A DNA stretch of 64,000 nt from an uncultured Planctomycetota bacterium. GTDB lineage: Bacteria > Planctomycetota > Planctomycetia > Isosphaerales > Isosphaeraceae. Shown piece by piece: positions 42,511-52,862 of the stretch. The notes beneath the pieces were generated by a model. It saw only the letters and a program-made list of their open reading frames with translations. It was not told the DNA's origin and searched no databases. The stretch spans positions 96,001 to 160,000 of the forward strand of contig CAWJTV010000039.1 of assembly GCA_963845755.1 (NCBI GenBank), written 5' to 3'. The translations under genes and the position numbers were made by a program. The stretch's first letter is position 1, and each line of letters opens with the position of its first letter.

Positions 42511-45077
42511 TCCAGGGCTTGCTTCAGGGTGTCGATCGCTTCGGGCGAGCCGACGAAGGTCTGATCGGGGAAGCGGTAGTCCATGAGGATGCCGCACAGG
42601 ATCCGCTCGCCCATATAGGAATTCAACGACATGCCGGCCAGATACTGGAGCCGCAGGTTGCGGTCGGTGTTGATCTGGGCGCCACCCGTCCACTCCTTCA
42701 GCAAGGACGCCTGCCCGGCGTAGGTGGTGAGCAGGTCGATCCCCTCCTCCGGGACCAGGGCCACCTCGTCGGTCCTCGACTGGATCTCCCCGAACCCCAC
42801 GTCGCGGAGCGACTGCTTCACGAGCTGATGGTCCGGACGGTCCAGCCGCCGTTGTAGTTCGTCGACGTCGATCACCGTCGGCTCGACCTGGCCGAACAGG
42901 AGGACGTCGTAGCCGGCGCCGTCGCGCTCATTGCTCCACACGCTGCCGTGCGGGAAGACCTGGAAGAAGGTGGCGATCGCGCTCTTGGTCGAGTCCAGGC
43001 TGTTCTCGTGGAGAGGGAACCAGATGCTCACACTCCCGCCCGGATTGAGGTGATCGCGGCACGTCTGATAGTATTCCACCGTACTCAGCGCGGCGCAGCC
43101 CTTGACCCACGGGTCGATCGGGTCGGAGGTGATAATGTCGAACTTCTCCTGGGTGGTGCGGAGGAAATGCCGGCCGTCGTCGTAGACCACCTCGACTTGC
43201 TTGCCATTGACCATGTGGGGGTTCTCCCGGCCGATGCCGTTGACCACGTGGTAATTCTCCCTGCCGAACATCGGCGCCACGACGGTCGGCACCAACGGCT
43301 CGATGTCGCAGATGACGACGCGCTTGACGTCGGGGTGCAGGACGAGGGTGCCGGCGGTGATGCCCGCGCCGCAGGCCACGACCAGCACCGATTCGGGCTT
43401 CTTGTGCACCAGTGCCGGGAAGTGTCCGAGCATGCGCTCGATCCGCATGTCGATGGGCAGGGTCGACGCCTGGACCTTGCCGGCGCTGTGGAACTTCTTC
43501 AGGCCCTCCCTCGTCGTGGTGACGGCGACCGAGGCGTTGGTTCCCTCGCCGACGTAGGTGCAGAAGAGGTCCGGCTCGCCGGGCGCGTCGGACTCGCTGG
43601 GGATATCCTTGACGATATTCGGGGCCGACCGTGCGAGCCAGCTTGCCGTCTGCCGGCCGAACGCCACGGTCACCCACGGCACCGGCGTCACGCTCCAGGC
43701 GAGCCAGCCGGTCAATCCCATCGCGGCCGCCAGCGCCGCCGCGCCGCCGCGCCGCACCCTCACGGAGGCCGTCGGGAGCAGGGGCACCAGGGACACCATC
43801 GCGGCCGCCGCGGTCAGCCCGATCAGCGCCCGCTGGGCGCCGAGGGTACCGATGGCGGGGACGAGCACCAGGCTGAACACCAGGGCTCCGGTGATGGCGC
43901 CGATCGTGTTGGCCGCGTACACCCCTCCGACCATTCGACCATGGTCCTGGCCTCGGGCGGCAATCGCCGTCAACGCCAGTGGGAAGCTCGCCCCCCACAG
44001 GCACGCCGGCGGCAGGACCGCCCAGAGGCAGCGCAACAGGTCGAGCTGGAAGGTGTACCAGGGGCTCGGCGACAGCGAGGGGACGATCGGCCAGTAGGGG
44101 AGTGACTCCGCGATCATGATCGCCGTCCAGGCGATGGCCGCGGTCAGGAGCCACTGGCAGGCGCCGAGCGCGACCCGCGCCGGCGCGGCCCGCCGCGCCA
44201 GGTAGGCGCCGAGGCTGCTGCCCAGGCCCAGGCCGACCAGGAACACGGCCAGGATCAAGGAGAAGGTGTACACGGTGCCGCCGAGGATCAGCGAGAGCAG
44301 ACGGGTCCAGATCACCTCCGCCCCCAGCGCCGACATCCCGGAGAGGGCGATCGCCAGATACACGGCCCGCGTGCCCGTCGCGCGTCCCGCGTCCCCCTTC
44401 GTCGCGACGTGGGCCGTCGCCTGGTACCGGCCCGAGGCGGCCGCCAGTGCCAGGGCGATCGCGGCCACGCTCACATTCAGGGCAACGGCGACGTAGGTGG
44501 CCGTGGCCACATCATGGACGCGCAGCAGGTAGAAGCCGGCCAGCAGGCAGCCGAACACGGCCCCGGCGAGATTGCCGCCGTAGAAGAACCCCAGCCACGA
44601 CACCCCCTCAGGGCCGGCCTCCACCCAGCGCGCCATCGCCGGCAGGGTCGCGCCCATCAGCAAGGTGGGCGGCAACAAGCATACCCCGGCCACGGCCCCG
44701 CGCAGCAGGATGCCCGACGGCCCGTGTCCGGCGTAACGTGTGTACACATATTCGGCATACGTCAAACCGAACCAGACCGCCAGCCCGATGGCACCGATGC
44801 CCAGTTCGAGGAGCGCGTAGACCCGCAGGGGGTGCCACCGTTCCGAGACGAGTCGCGGCAGTAGCAGGCTGCCCGCGCCCATCCCGCCCATGAACGTCCC
44901 CAGCAGCACGCCCAGGGAGATGGCGGTCGAGCCGATCACCAATTGAAGGAGCTGGAGCCAGACCACCTCGTAGATCAGCGCCGCACAGCCGCCGCCGACG
45001 AACAGCACGAGCAGCACAGGTAAAAACCGGCGTGGCGCGGGCGGGCCGGTCGGAGAGGTCGGTTCGTGTGGGAGCAT
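42408..45077 (-). CDS. Fused membrane domain / spermidine synthase-like methyltransferase
   Basis: ALIYEVVW, LMGATLP, VYAANTIGA, CGAGIT, CDIEP, DDGRHFL, FDIITSDPIDPW. Confidence 0.88.
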   Translation of the reverse strand: MLPHEPTSPTGPPAPRRFLPVLLVLFVGGGCAALIYEVVWLQLLQLVIGSTAISLGVLLGTFMGGMGAGSLLLPRLVSERWHPLRVYALLELGIGAIGLAVWFGLTYAEYVYTRYAGHGPSGILLRGAVAGVCLLPPTLLMGATLPAMARWVEAGPEGVSWLGFFYGGNLAGAVFGCLLAGFYLLRVHDVATATYVAVALNVSVAAIALALAAASGRYQATAHVATKGDAGRATGTRAVYLAIALSGMSALGAEVIWTRLLSLILGGTVYTFSLILAVFLVGLGLGSSLGAYLARRAAPARVALGACQWLLTAAIAWTAIMIAESLPYWPIVPSLSPSPWYTFQLDLLRCLWAVLPPACLWGASFPLALTAIAARGQDHGRMVGGVYAANTIGAITGALVFSLVLVPAIGTLGAQRALIGLTAAAAMVSLVPLLPTASVRVRRGGAAALAAAMGLTGWLAWSVTPVPWVTVAFGRQTASWLARSAPNIVKDIPSESDAPGEPDLFCTYVGEGTNASVAVTTTREGLKKFHSAGKVQASTLPIDMRIERMLGHFPALVHKKPESVLVVACGAGITAGTLVLHPDVKRVVICDIEPLVPTVVAPMFGRENYHVVNGIGRENPHMVNGKQVEVVYDDGRHFLRTTQEKFDIITSDPIDPWVKGCAALSTVEYYQTCRDHLNPGGSVSIWFPLHENSLDSTKSAIATFFQVFPHGSVWSNERDGAGYDVLLFGQVEPTVIDVDELQRRLDRPDHQLVKQSLRDVGFGEIQSRTDEVALVPEEGIDLLTTYAGQASLLKEWTGGAQINTDRNLRLQYLAGMSLNSYMGERILCGILMDYRFPDQTFVGSPEAIDTLKQALDQRANWCRSLMPPVGASGLTKDRFPSKVLVHLGR

Positions 45078-45329
45078 CGCGCGGTTGTCTCCGCGAAGGA
45101 TGTGTGACTCGACTTCAAAACGTGGCCGTTCGCCCGGCCCGGAGGGCGGAAGTCCTCCCCGCCTTGACCGGGGACGGGGAACGACGACCCGGCCATGAGA
45201 GCGGTGCTCGCCTTCGTGGCAGACGGACCGAACCGCTTGGCCCTCATTTTCCGAACGGATCTCGGGAGTTCAGCTTGAGAGAAACGCAGCCTTCATCGAG
45301 GGTCCGGGAGAAGCCTTCTTCCGCACTCA

Positions 45330-45448
45330 GAGTCTGTCCCCGAAGGGGCCGGCCCGTGCGAGGGGGGGCGTCAGCCCCCTGTCTTGGACGTCCGTCGCTC
45401 ACCGGACAGGGGGCTGACGCCCCCCGCTCGCCCTTCTGGGACAGACTC
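45330..45448. mobile_element. MITE-like element with internal REP-like hairpin
   Basis: TIRs GAGTCTGTCCC...GGGACAGACTC flanked by TCA on both sides; internal inverted repeat gggggcgtcagccccctgtc / gacagggggctgacgccccc. Confidence 0.75.
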
Positions 45449-45477
45449 TCAGTTCCCCACCGCCGATGGCGCCAGAC

Positions 45478-46104
45478 CTAAGCCCCCAGCGGTTGAATTC
45501 GGCCGATGGAGATCGGCCGACTGAAATAATGGTCGCCCGGCCCGAACTTGAACTCGATCGGACTGCCATCGGCGTCAACGCGAATATGGATCGTTCCGAT
45601 CCCAACTCCCGTCGCCGGCGAATTCCCTCCTTGGCGCCTCGTATCGTCGTAGTGAATCACGTCGCTGGAATCGTAGACGCGCACGGATAGGGCCTCTCCG
45701 TCGAGCTCCATCGGATCGTCGGCGACGATCATCACATGACCGGTATTCTCATCCAGCTCAGGTTCCTTGGTCAGGCTCCAGGCGATGATATCGCCGGGGC
45801 TCGCGTCGGCGAGACGCCGGACCTGGATCCAATCGCCGGACCCGTCGACGGGCAGCTTGGCGAAATACCGCTGATAGATATACGCGCGGGGCAGCGTATG
45901 ACCTGATTCCGGTTTGATCTGGTCGAGATGTTCCGGGGCGGCCTCCTGGAGGACGAATCCCACGAAGCCGTTGCAATCGACATCATAGGTGCCGGTTTCT
46001 ACGTCGATGGAGTTCTTGTGCGAATACGTCGTGTGGACCACATCGTTTTCGACGTTCAGGGCTTCGTCGGCGACCTGCTGACCACCGGTGGCTTCGCCGG
46101 CCAT
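45478..46104 (-). CDS. Hypothetical protein, NlpC/P60- or CHAP-like
   Basis: DCNGFV, PGDIIAW, GHVMIV. Confidence 0.65.
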   Translation of the reverse strand: MAGEATGGQQVADEALNVENDVVHTTYSHKNSIDVETGTYDVDCNGFVGFVLQEAAPEHLDQIKPESGHTLPRAYIYQRYFAKLPVDGSGDWIQVRRLADASPGDIIAWSLTKEPELDENTGHVMIVADDPMELDGEALSVRVYDSSDVIHYDDTRRQGGNSPATGVGIGTIHIRVDADGSPIEFKFGPGDHYFSRPISIGRIQPLGA

Positions 46105-46969
46105 GGGCGTTCCTCCTCCGCCGATCGGCTGACCGGGTCCTCGCGAAATGCCGGGCTTGCCGTGCGGCCCTGGGTCGGCGGTCGTTGTCGATGATACCTC
46201 GACGGTGGCCGCAGAGCATCAGGCCGTCGAACTTTTCGCTCGCACCCCGCTCGATCTGACAAGGTCCGCGTGGAGTCGAAACGGGGACGGAGTCTGACAC
46301 GACAGTGGGCCCGAGCTAGCGCGACTGACGATCGCGTTGCCTACACCCCAGGGCCGACGCGAAGACACCTTCTGGCCCCTCGGTGTGGTCGGTTTTCGAA
46401 TTCGTGTCGATTCAACCCCTGCGGGCTCGCCCGGCACGTGAAGCCGTTCGACAGCCAGACCACCTCCTTCCGCGACGGCTGCGAATCGCGCCGGGTGACC
46501 AACGGTTCTCGGGAAGCCCTTGATGAGTGAGTCGTTAATCACCCGGCCTCTCGATTTTCCAGATTTTTTCATCTCTTGTAGCTGTAAGAGTTTGCGATGA
46601 TGTTTTTCACGAAAACGCGCGCATTGCGTTAACGAGATTCCAAACCTGCGGCATACTGAAAGTAAGGGGAATCGGGGTCAACCGCGATGCGGTCCTGGTC
46701 TTCCCCAGACGTCCGTGCACCAGGCCGCTCATGTCAACTGCTCCCACCGGTCTACGTCCTCGTTTCCAAATCATTCGTGGTCAAGGGGATCGGCGGCGGC
46801 GCCGCGTCGAAAATCTGCCACCAAGTGCCACCACACACCATGATCCCGCGCCGACGTATCTCGATCCATCGATGCATGTATGCTGGCAGGCTGCCCGGCC
46901 GCCCGCTCACCTGAGGCGTGCGGTGAGGATTCGTGTGGCGTCCCACCGGGGTTCGACAGCGAAACCGCC

Positions 46970-47156
46970 CGAACGAACCCAAGAAGATGCGACCGGGAAA
47001 CCGCGAAATCGAAGCCACGATTATGCCGAGAACATCGATTGTGCGGGCTGTCCGGACCTCCGAGTCGCAACCGAGCGAACGAACCCAAGGTGTCGCGACC
47101 GCGGAACGGCGAAATCGAAGCCACGATTATGCGGAAAGTGTCGATTGCGCCGGCTC
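46970..47156. repeat. Imperfect direct repeat, two copies, 106-bp period
   Basis: cgaacgaacccaag...gcgaaatcgaagccacgattatgc...tcgattg starting at 46970 and 47076. Confidence 0.8.
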
Positions 47157-47255
47157 TTCCGCGGCACAGGGTCGAATAATCGCGAGAAACGGCAAAATCG
47201 GCGAGCAATTCATAATCAGCCAATCCGGAGCCTTCGCGATCCCTGAGCGTCGGGC

Positions 47256-47981
47256 TCAACCCGCCTCATTCGCCGCCTCGACCAGACGGGCTACCTGGTC
47301 CCGATCGACCGCGGCGCGGCGATCTCCGCCCCGGCAGGCCGCACCACGGACGGCGAAGACGTCGGGCTTCCGATCTCTGAGCCTGCGGATCGCCGCGATG
47401 TCCAGCGAGCCGGCCAGCGCCAGGAAGCGGCCCAGGACCCGGACCCGGTCGAACCGTCGTTCCCAGGACCGATCGATGCGTACTCGATGCGATTTGTCCC
47501 AGGTGTCGAAGAGGATGCCCGAGCACTCATCGCAATCCCCGGCGGTCTGGATGACCGAGTCCGGCTCCGGCGCCTGGGCCGCCTCCCAGTCCAGGTACAC
47601 CACGGCCACCCAGGATGGACGTTCCCGAAATCGTCCCGGTCGGCCCACCGCAAGGGGGGTCAGTTCATTCCGGAGGTCCCGCCAGTGTTTGCACCAGTCC
47701 GGACCGGCGTTCGCGAGGCCCACCTTGCCGAAGGCGATCCCCGGCCAGGCATCCGGAGGGATCTCGGCCCGGTCCGGCGCGTGCCACTCGTTCAGCTCGC
47801 CGAGTGCGACGCTCACCGGGATCGGTCCGGGCACGGCCCGGCGTACCTCGCGCCAGACGGAGCAATCCGCCCGCCCCAGCGCACCGCGGGACGGCTCCTT
47901 CACATCGATGATCGATGCGCCGCCGGCCACCGCCTCGGCCGCCTCGATCGCCGATCGGACGCTGACGAGCAATCTCGCCAA
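47256..47981 (-). CDS. mfnB: (5-formylfuran-3-yl)methyl phosphate synthase (DUF556)
   Basis: LLVSVRS..EA..A..GGASIIDVKEPSRGALG, VSVALGEL, DTWDK, ALAGSL, AVRGAAC. Confidence 0.88.
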   Translation of the reverse strand: MARLLVSVRSAIEAAEAVAGGASIIDVKEPSRGALGRADCSVWREVRRAVPGPIPVSVALGELNEWHAPDRAEIPPDAWPGIAFGKVGLANAGPDWCKHWRDLRNELTPLAVGRPGRFRERPSWVAVVYLDWEAAQAPEPDSVIQTAGDCDECSGILFDTWDKSHRVRIDRSWERRFDRVRVLGRFLALAGSLDIAAIRRLRDRKPDVFAVRGAACRGGDRRAAVDRDQVARLVEAANEAG

Positions 47982-47999
47982 ATGAGGTCCTCGATGAGA

Positions 48000-48581
48000 T
48001 CAGGCGACTTCGCGGGACGGGATCGCGTCCGGCACAGGACGCGGCTTGCTCGACCAGAGGCGCGCCATCCCACCGGCAACCCTCTCGACGACCGGACCCA
48101 GGCCGAAGAGCAGGGCGGTCCCGAGCAGATCGGCCAGGACCGTGTTCTTGTAGAAGGGCCAGGCCCTATCGAAGCATTCAGCCAGGCCGGCAAGAGTCAA
48201 CGGATAGAGTTCGCCCTGTGCCCAGCTCGCCAGGTTGGTCGTGATATGGAAGATCGTGGCACCACTCACCGCCAGGACCGGCAGCAGCCAGCGACCGACT
48301 TTCGGCCGGTTGGCGAGCCGCCCAAGCCAGGGCATCGCGGCCAGCGTGAGATAGATGGTCCAGCGCGTCAGCTCGAAGATCGGTCGGTGGGTCCCGTAGT
48401 CCAGGACGATGTCGGAGAGGACCATCGCCGCAACCGGCACCGCCCAGGCCCAGCGTCGCGGGAGCCGCGACCCGGCGTACAGGGCCACCGCCCCGATCGG
48501 AATGAAGTTCCAGATATGATAGGTCGGGAACAGCAACCGGGGGATGACGGCCAGGACAACGAGCGTGATGGCGGTGAGCAT
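48000..48581 (-). CDS. DUF6580-like putative transporter substrate-binding membrane protein
   Basis: WNFIPIGAVALYAG, LSDIVL, FHITTN, YPLTLAGLAEC..AWPFYKNT. Confidence 0.75.
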   Translation of the reverse strand: MLTAITLVVLAVIPRLLFPTYHIWNFIPIGAVALYAGSRLPRRWAWAVPVAAMVLSDIVLDYGTHRPIFELTRWTIYLTLAAMPWLGRLANRPKVGRWLLPVLAVSGATIFHITTNLASWAQGELYPLTLAGLAECFDRAWPFYKNTVLADLLGTALLFGLGPVVERVAGGMARLWSSKPRPVPDAIPSREVA

Positions 48582-48669
48582 GAATCGGACCTCGCAAGAT
48601 CGAGTTTGTATCGAGGGTCTTAATTTAACCTCTGGGCCGCCAGCCAGCAACCGGGAGGTCCCGGTCCGG

Positions 48670-50409
48670 GGGTGGAAGACGCGGTTCGCGCGGCGTTCGA
48701 TCCCTGGTAAGCTGTCAAGGTGAGTTTCCCAGATTGTCTATCACCCGAAGTCCAAGGAGGGATCTCCGATGCCTTTCCAGAAGTCACCATCGATGGATCG
48801 AGACGGCGTCGAGCGGCTCGCCGAAGGGTGGGGGAAAGTCGTGGCCCGGCGCGTCCACGATGAGGTCGGGCCCGAGTTGGATCTCGACGCCGACGACATC
48901 GAGCAGATGGCCATCACCGCCGCCCGCGCCGTCGCTCGGGGCACCATCGCCGATCTGCTGGAGCGGAAGGCCGCGCTGCTGGGGCCCGAGCAACCCTGCC
49001 CGACGTGTCAGCGGCCTTGCGCCGTACAGCGCGAGCCGCGGGCCATCGACTTCTGGGGCGGCGCGGTCACCTACGCCGAGCCCCAGTGCCACTGCCCGGC
49101 CTGCCGCCGGGATTTTTTTCCCTCGGCGCCCGGCGCTACGGCTGACGTCCCATGACTACAGCCCCTCGGTAGTCCGCAAGATCGTCCGTTCCGCCACCCG
49201 CGAGCCCTCCTTCCGCGAGGCAGCCGAGGCCGTCGCCGAATTGGCCGAGGTGGACATCAGCGGCCGGCAACTCGACCGCATCGCCCGCGAACTCGGCGAG
49301 CAGTTGCGGTCCCAGCGGGATGAGCAGGTGGACCGCTTCCAGGCCGGCACGCTCGAGCCGCGCGTCGCGACACGGCCAGCCCTGGCGGTCGTCGAGGTCG
49401 ATGGCGGCCGGCTCCAGATCCGCGGCGCGGGCCAGGGGCCGGGAGCCCACCAGGCCGCCTGGCACGAGGACAAGATCGCGATCCTGGCGACGATGGCCCC
49501 TGTCGTCTCCGAGTGCGACCCCGAGCCGGAATTGCCCGCCTGTTTCCGCGATCGGGCCTACGTCGAGAAGGTCATCGGGGCCATCGGCGGGACCGGACCG
49601 ATGGGCCCGCCGGCCCCCGAGATCCAGGAGCCCGCCGTGCTGCCGATCCCGGCCGTCGCCGAGGCCGCCGAGCCGCGCGGTACGCCGGAGCTATCGGTGC
49701 GCACCTACGTGGCCACGACCGCCCCGGTCGATCGCTTCGGGCCGATGGTCGCCGCCGAGGCCCGACGGCGGAACTTCGCCGCGGCCGCCGCCCGGGCGTT
49801 CTTGGGGGACGGCTCGGCCTGGATCTGGGGGCTGCACCGCCGCTCTTTCCCGACCTTCGTGGCGATCGTCGACTTCCTCCACGCCCTGGCCCACCTCTTC
49901 ACGGCGGCCCGGGTCATGGTCGCCGACACCGAGGGCCGCTGGGAGTCATTCCAGGCCTGGGCGGAGGCCTGCTGGAACGGGCGGGTCGATCGGGTGATCG
50001 CGGAGCTTCGCACCTGGTGTGATACCCAGATCGCCTTGTGCGGGTGCCCGCTGGAAAGGCTAGCCGACGACGACCCCCGGAGGATCGTCGCGCGGGTGCT
50101 GGGCTACCTGGAAGACAACCGGGAGCGGATGGACTATCCGCGCTATCGTCGCGAGGGCCTCCCGTGGACGACCAGCCACGTGGAGTCAACGGTGAAGATA
50201 TTCAACCGCCGGGTGAAGGGGTCGGAGAAGTTCTGGAGCGAGGCCGGTGCCGAAGCGATCCTCCAACTCCGTGCGGCCTTCCTTTCCGAAGATGGCCGCC
50301 TGGACCGCCACCTCAAGGAGCGGCCCAGCAGCCCGTTCCGCAGCTACAAAGCCAGGAAGACTGGGGAAGCCGCGTAACTCGTCAGAAAAACGAACCGCGT
50401 CTTCCACCC
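48670..50409 (+). mobile_element. Complete ISKra4-family insertion sequence
   Basis: Perfect TIRs gggtggaagacgcggttcg / cgaaccgcgtcttccaccc; 9-bp target duplication ccggtccgg (48661-48669 and 50410-50418). Confidence 0.92.
48769..50377 (+). CDS. tnp: ISKra4-family transposase in two frames joined at a T7 run (49113-49119)
   Basis: CPTC...CPACRRDFFP, then VDGG, GDGSAWIW, DFLHA, YPRYRREGLP..SHVES..K. Confidence 0.9.
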
Positions 50410-50528
50410 CCGGTCCGGTTTTCCATCCTTCACCGTCGGGATTCCCGATATGATAAAGAATCACGCACTCTACCGGGTTGTCGGCAGTCGGCCGGCCCGG
50501 CGTGGTCCTCCCGCCAGGATCTTCACTC

Positions 50529-51077
50529 ATGAACGCGTTCGCGAAGCAGGTGCGGGGATTGCCGATCCTGGCCGCGTGGGCGGTCGTGGTGGCCGGCTGC
50601 GCCTCGGCGTCGATCCGTTCCGATCCCGTTGCGTACGCCGATCCCCAGGAGAAACCGCCTGCCAAGGCGAGTCCTGCGCCGGATCTCGAGGAACTCCGCG
50701 ACCAGATCGTCGAGGCCCATAATGAGATCCGGATCGCGGCCAAGCTCAACTCGCTTTCGTTTAGCAAGAAGCTCAACGCGGCGGCTCAGGCGCATGCCCT
50801 GGACATGGCCGAGCAGCACAAGATGAGCCATCGGGGGAGTAAAGGGTCCACCTTGACGGATCGGGTCAAAGCTCAGGGCTATCGATTCCGTCGGGCCGGA
50901 GAAAATGTGGCGACCGGGCGGTACTCGGTCGAGCGACTCATGAAAGGTTGGATGGATAGTCCACCCCACAAACGGAACATCCTCGGTGGTTTTTCCCAAA
51001 TCGGCGTGGGCTGCGCGATTGATGAAAACGGCAAACGCTATTGGTGCGTCAACTTCGGACTTCCCACCGGCCAGTAA
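50529..51077 (+). CDS. CAP (SCP-like) domain lipoprotein
   Basis: VAGC lipobox; AHN..R, AQAHA.DM, GENVA, WMDSPPHKRNIL. Confidence 0.9.
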   Translation: MNAFAKQVRGLPILAAWAVVVAGCASASIRSDPVAYADPQEKPPAKASPAPDLEELRDQIVEAHNEIRIAAKLNSLSFSKKLNAAAQAHALDMAEQHKMSHRGSKGSTLTDRVKAQGYRFRRAGENVATGRYSVERLMKGWMDSPPHKRNILGGFSQIGVGCAIDENGKRYWCVNFGLPTGQ

Positions 51078-51202
51078 TCCATCGCCGAGGGCCGGTTCGT
51101 GGGGTAAGGTTGAAAGCCCGAAGGTTGAAGGCTGGATAAAAGCCGGCCCGGTTGTGACTCATCCTTCATCCTTCATCCTTCAGCCTTCCGAAAGAGGGGC
51201 CG

Positions 51203-51553
51203 ATGCGTGGATTTCGATGGCTCGCAATCAGTGTCCTGGCCATCGCGGCGGGGTTCGGGTCCGGCTGCCAGACCGCCGGCACCCCGCGGACGGCGACGGT
51301 CGTCTCGCCGGAGCCGGCCCTGGCCGATGCCGATGGGAAGCTCTCCGAGAAAACGATCGAGGCCCCGCCGGAGAAGGCCGTGACTATCGCCGACCGTCAT
51401 CCCCTGTTCACCAAGCCTCGCGAGTACTGGGAGACCTCCGGTAACAACAAGATCGTGAAGGCGGCCGCGGCCACCTTCATCGGCGTCCCGGCCGGGCTGG
51501 TCGGCGAGGTCAAGCAGATCTTCGTCGGGGCGCCGCCGGAGACGCGTTTCTGA
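51203..51553 (+). CDS. Hypothetical lipoprotein
   Basis: Signal peptide ending in GSGC. Confidence 0.7.
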   Translation: MRGFRWLAISVLAIAAGFGSGCQTAGTPRTATVVSPEPALADADGKLSEKTIEAPPEKAVTIADRHPLFTKPREYWETSGNNKIVKAAAATFIGVPAGLVGEVKQIFVGAPPETRF

Positions 51554-51564
51554 GCCGAGTGCGC

Positions 51565-52757
51565 TCAACTTCGATCCGGGATGACCTTCAGCGAGTTGAA
51601 CGATTTGCCCTCGAGCGATTCGAGGAACGCACCGCCGCCGGTGGAGACGTGGCTGACCCGATCGGCCAGGCCGAACTTCTCGATCGCCTCGGCCGACTCG
51701 CCCCCGCCCACGGCGGTCACGGCCGGAGAGGCGGCCATGGCTTCGGCGATCGCCCGGGTGCCGTGTCCGAACGCCACGACTTCGAATTTCCCCATCGGAC
51801 CATTCCAGACGACGGTCCCCGCCTGCTTGATGATCGCACCATACTCCGCGCATGCGGCCGGGCCGATGTCCATCCCGAACCAACCTTCGGGGATCTCCTC
51901 GCGCCCTACGACCCGGGTCTCGGCGCCCGCTTCCGGCTGGCTGGCCACCAGGTGATCGATGGGCAGGACCAGCTTCTCGCCGGCCAGGTCGAGGACGTGG
52001 CGGGCCAGGTCCAGCTTGTCCGCCTCAACCTTGCTCCGGCCGATGGCGATCCCCTGGGCTTTCAAGAACGTGTAGGTCATCGCGCCGCCGATCAGCAGGC
52101 GGTCAACCTTGTGGAGGAGTTGCTCGATCACGGTGATCTTGTCCGACACCTTCGCCCCGCCCATCACGGCGACATACGGGTGTTCGGGGAAGCGGAGCAA
52201 AGTGTCGAGGATCTGGAGCTCCTTCTCGACGAGGAAGCCGATGGCCCGACGCTCGGGCGGGAACTGCTCGGGTACGGCGACCATCGAGGCTTCATCGCGA
52301 TGGCAGGTGCCGAAGGCATCGTTGACGTAGCACTCGGCCAGGGCCGCCAGTCGTCGGGCGAAGTCGGGATCGCCTTTCTTCTCCCCCTTGTTGAACCGGA
52401 CGTTTTCCACCACGACGATGCCGCCGGGCTGGAGGCGGTCGCAAGCGGCCTGGGCTTCCGGGCCCACCGTGTCCCCGACTTTCGTCACCGGCCGGCCGAT
52501 CAGTTCTTGCAGCCGGGCCGCCACGCTGTCCAGCCGGAAGGGAGCATCCGCCGCCGGGTCGCCGCTGGGCCGGCCCAGATGACTGACCAGGATCAGGCTG
52601 CCGCCGCGCTCGAGGATGGCATTCAAGGTCGTCAGCGCCCGCGGATCCGCCGATCGTCGGCCACCTGGCCGTCGTCGGTCTGGGGCACGTTGAAGTCGAC
52701 GCGGACCAGCACTTTCTTGCCGGCCACATCGAGGTCGCGAACCGTCTGCTTGGGCAT
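51565..52757 (-). CDS. pgk: Phosphoglycerate kinase (frameshift near 52637)
   Basis: [46 protein letters not shown]. Confidence 0.96.
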
Positions 52758-52862
52758 CGGTCTTCCCCCGGAATGGGACGCGCGTACAACGGATGGACCG
52801 GCATCAGGACCGGACGCCCCGACGCGATCCATCCGGACTCAGGCACACGACGCGGACCTCGT

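Noticed and set aside
46930..46965. tRNA-like GGTTCGA
   Set aside because: No T-stem pairing or cloverleaf.
46970..47156. CRISPR-like repeats
   Set aside because: Only two long diverged units; the intervening sequence is also similar; no cas genes.
48582..48669. Cobalamin riboswitch upstream of the DUF6580-like gene
   Set aside because: No B12-box motifs are visible on either side of the IS.
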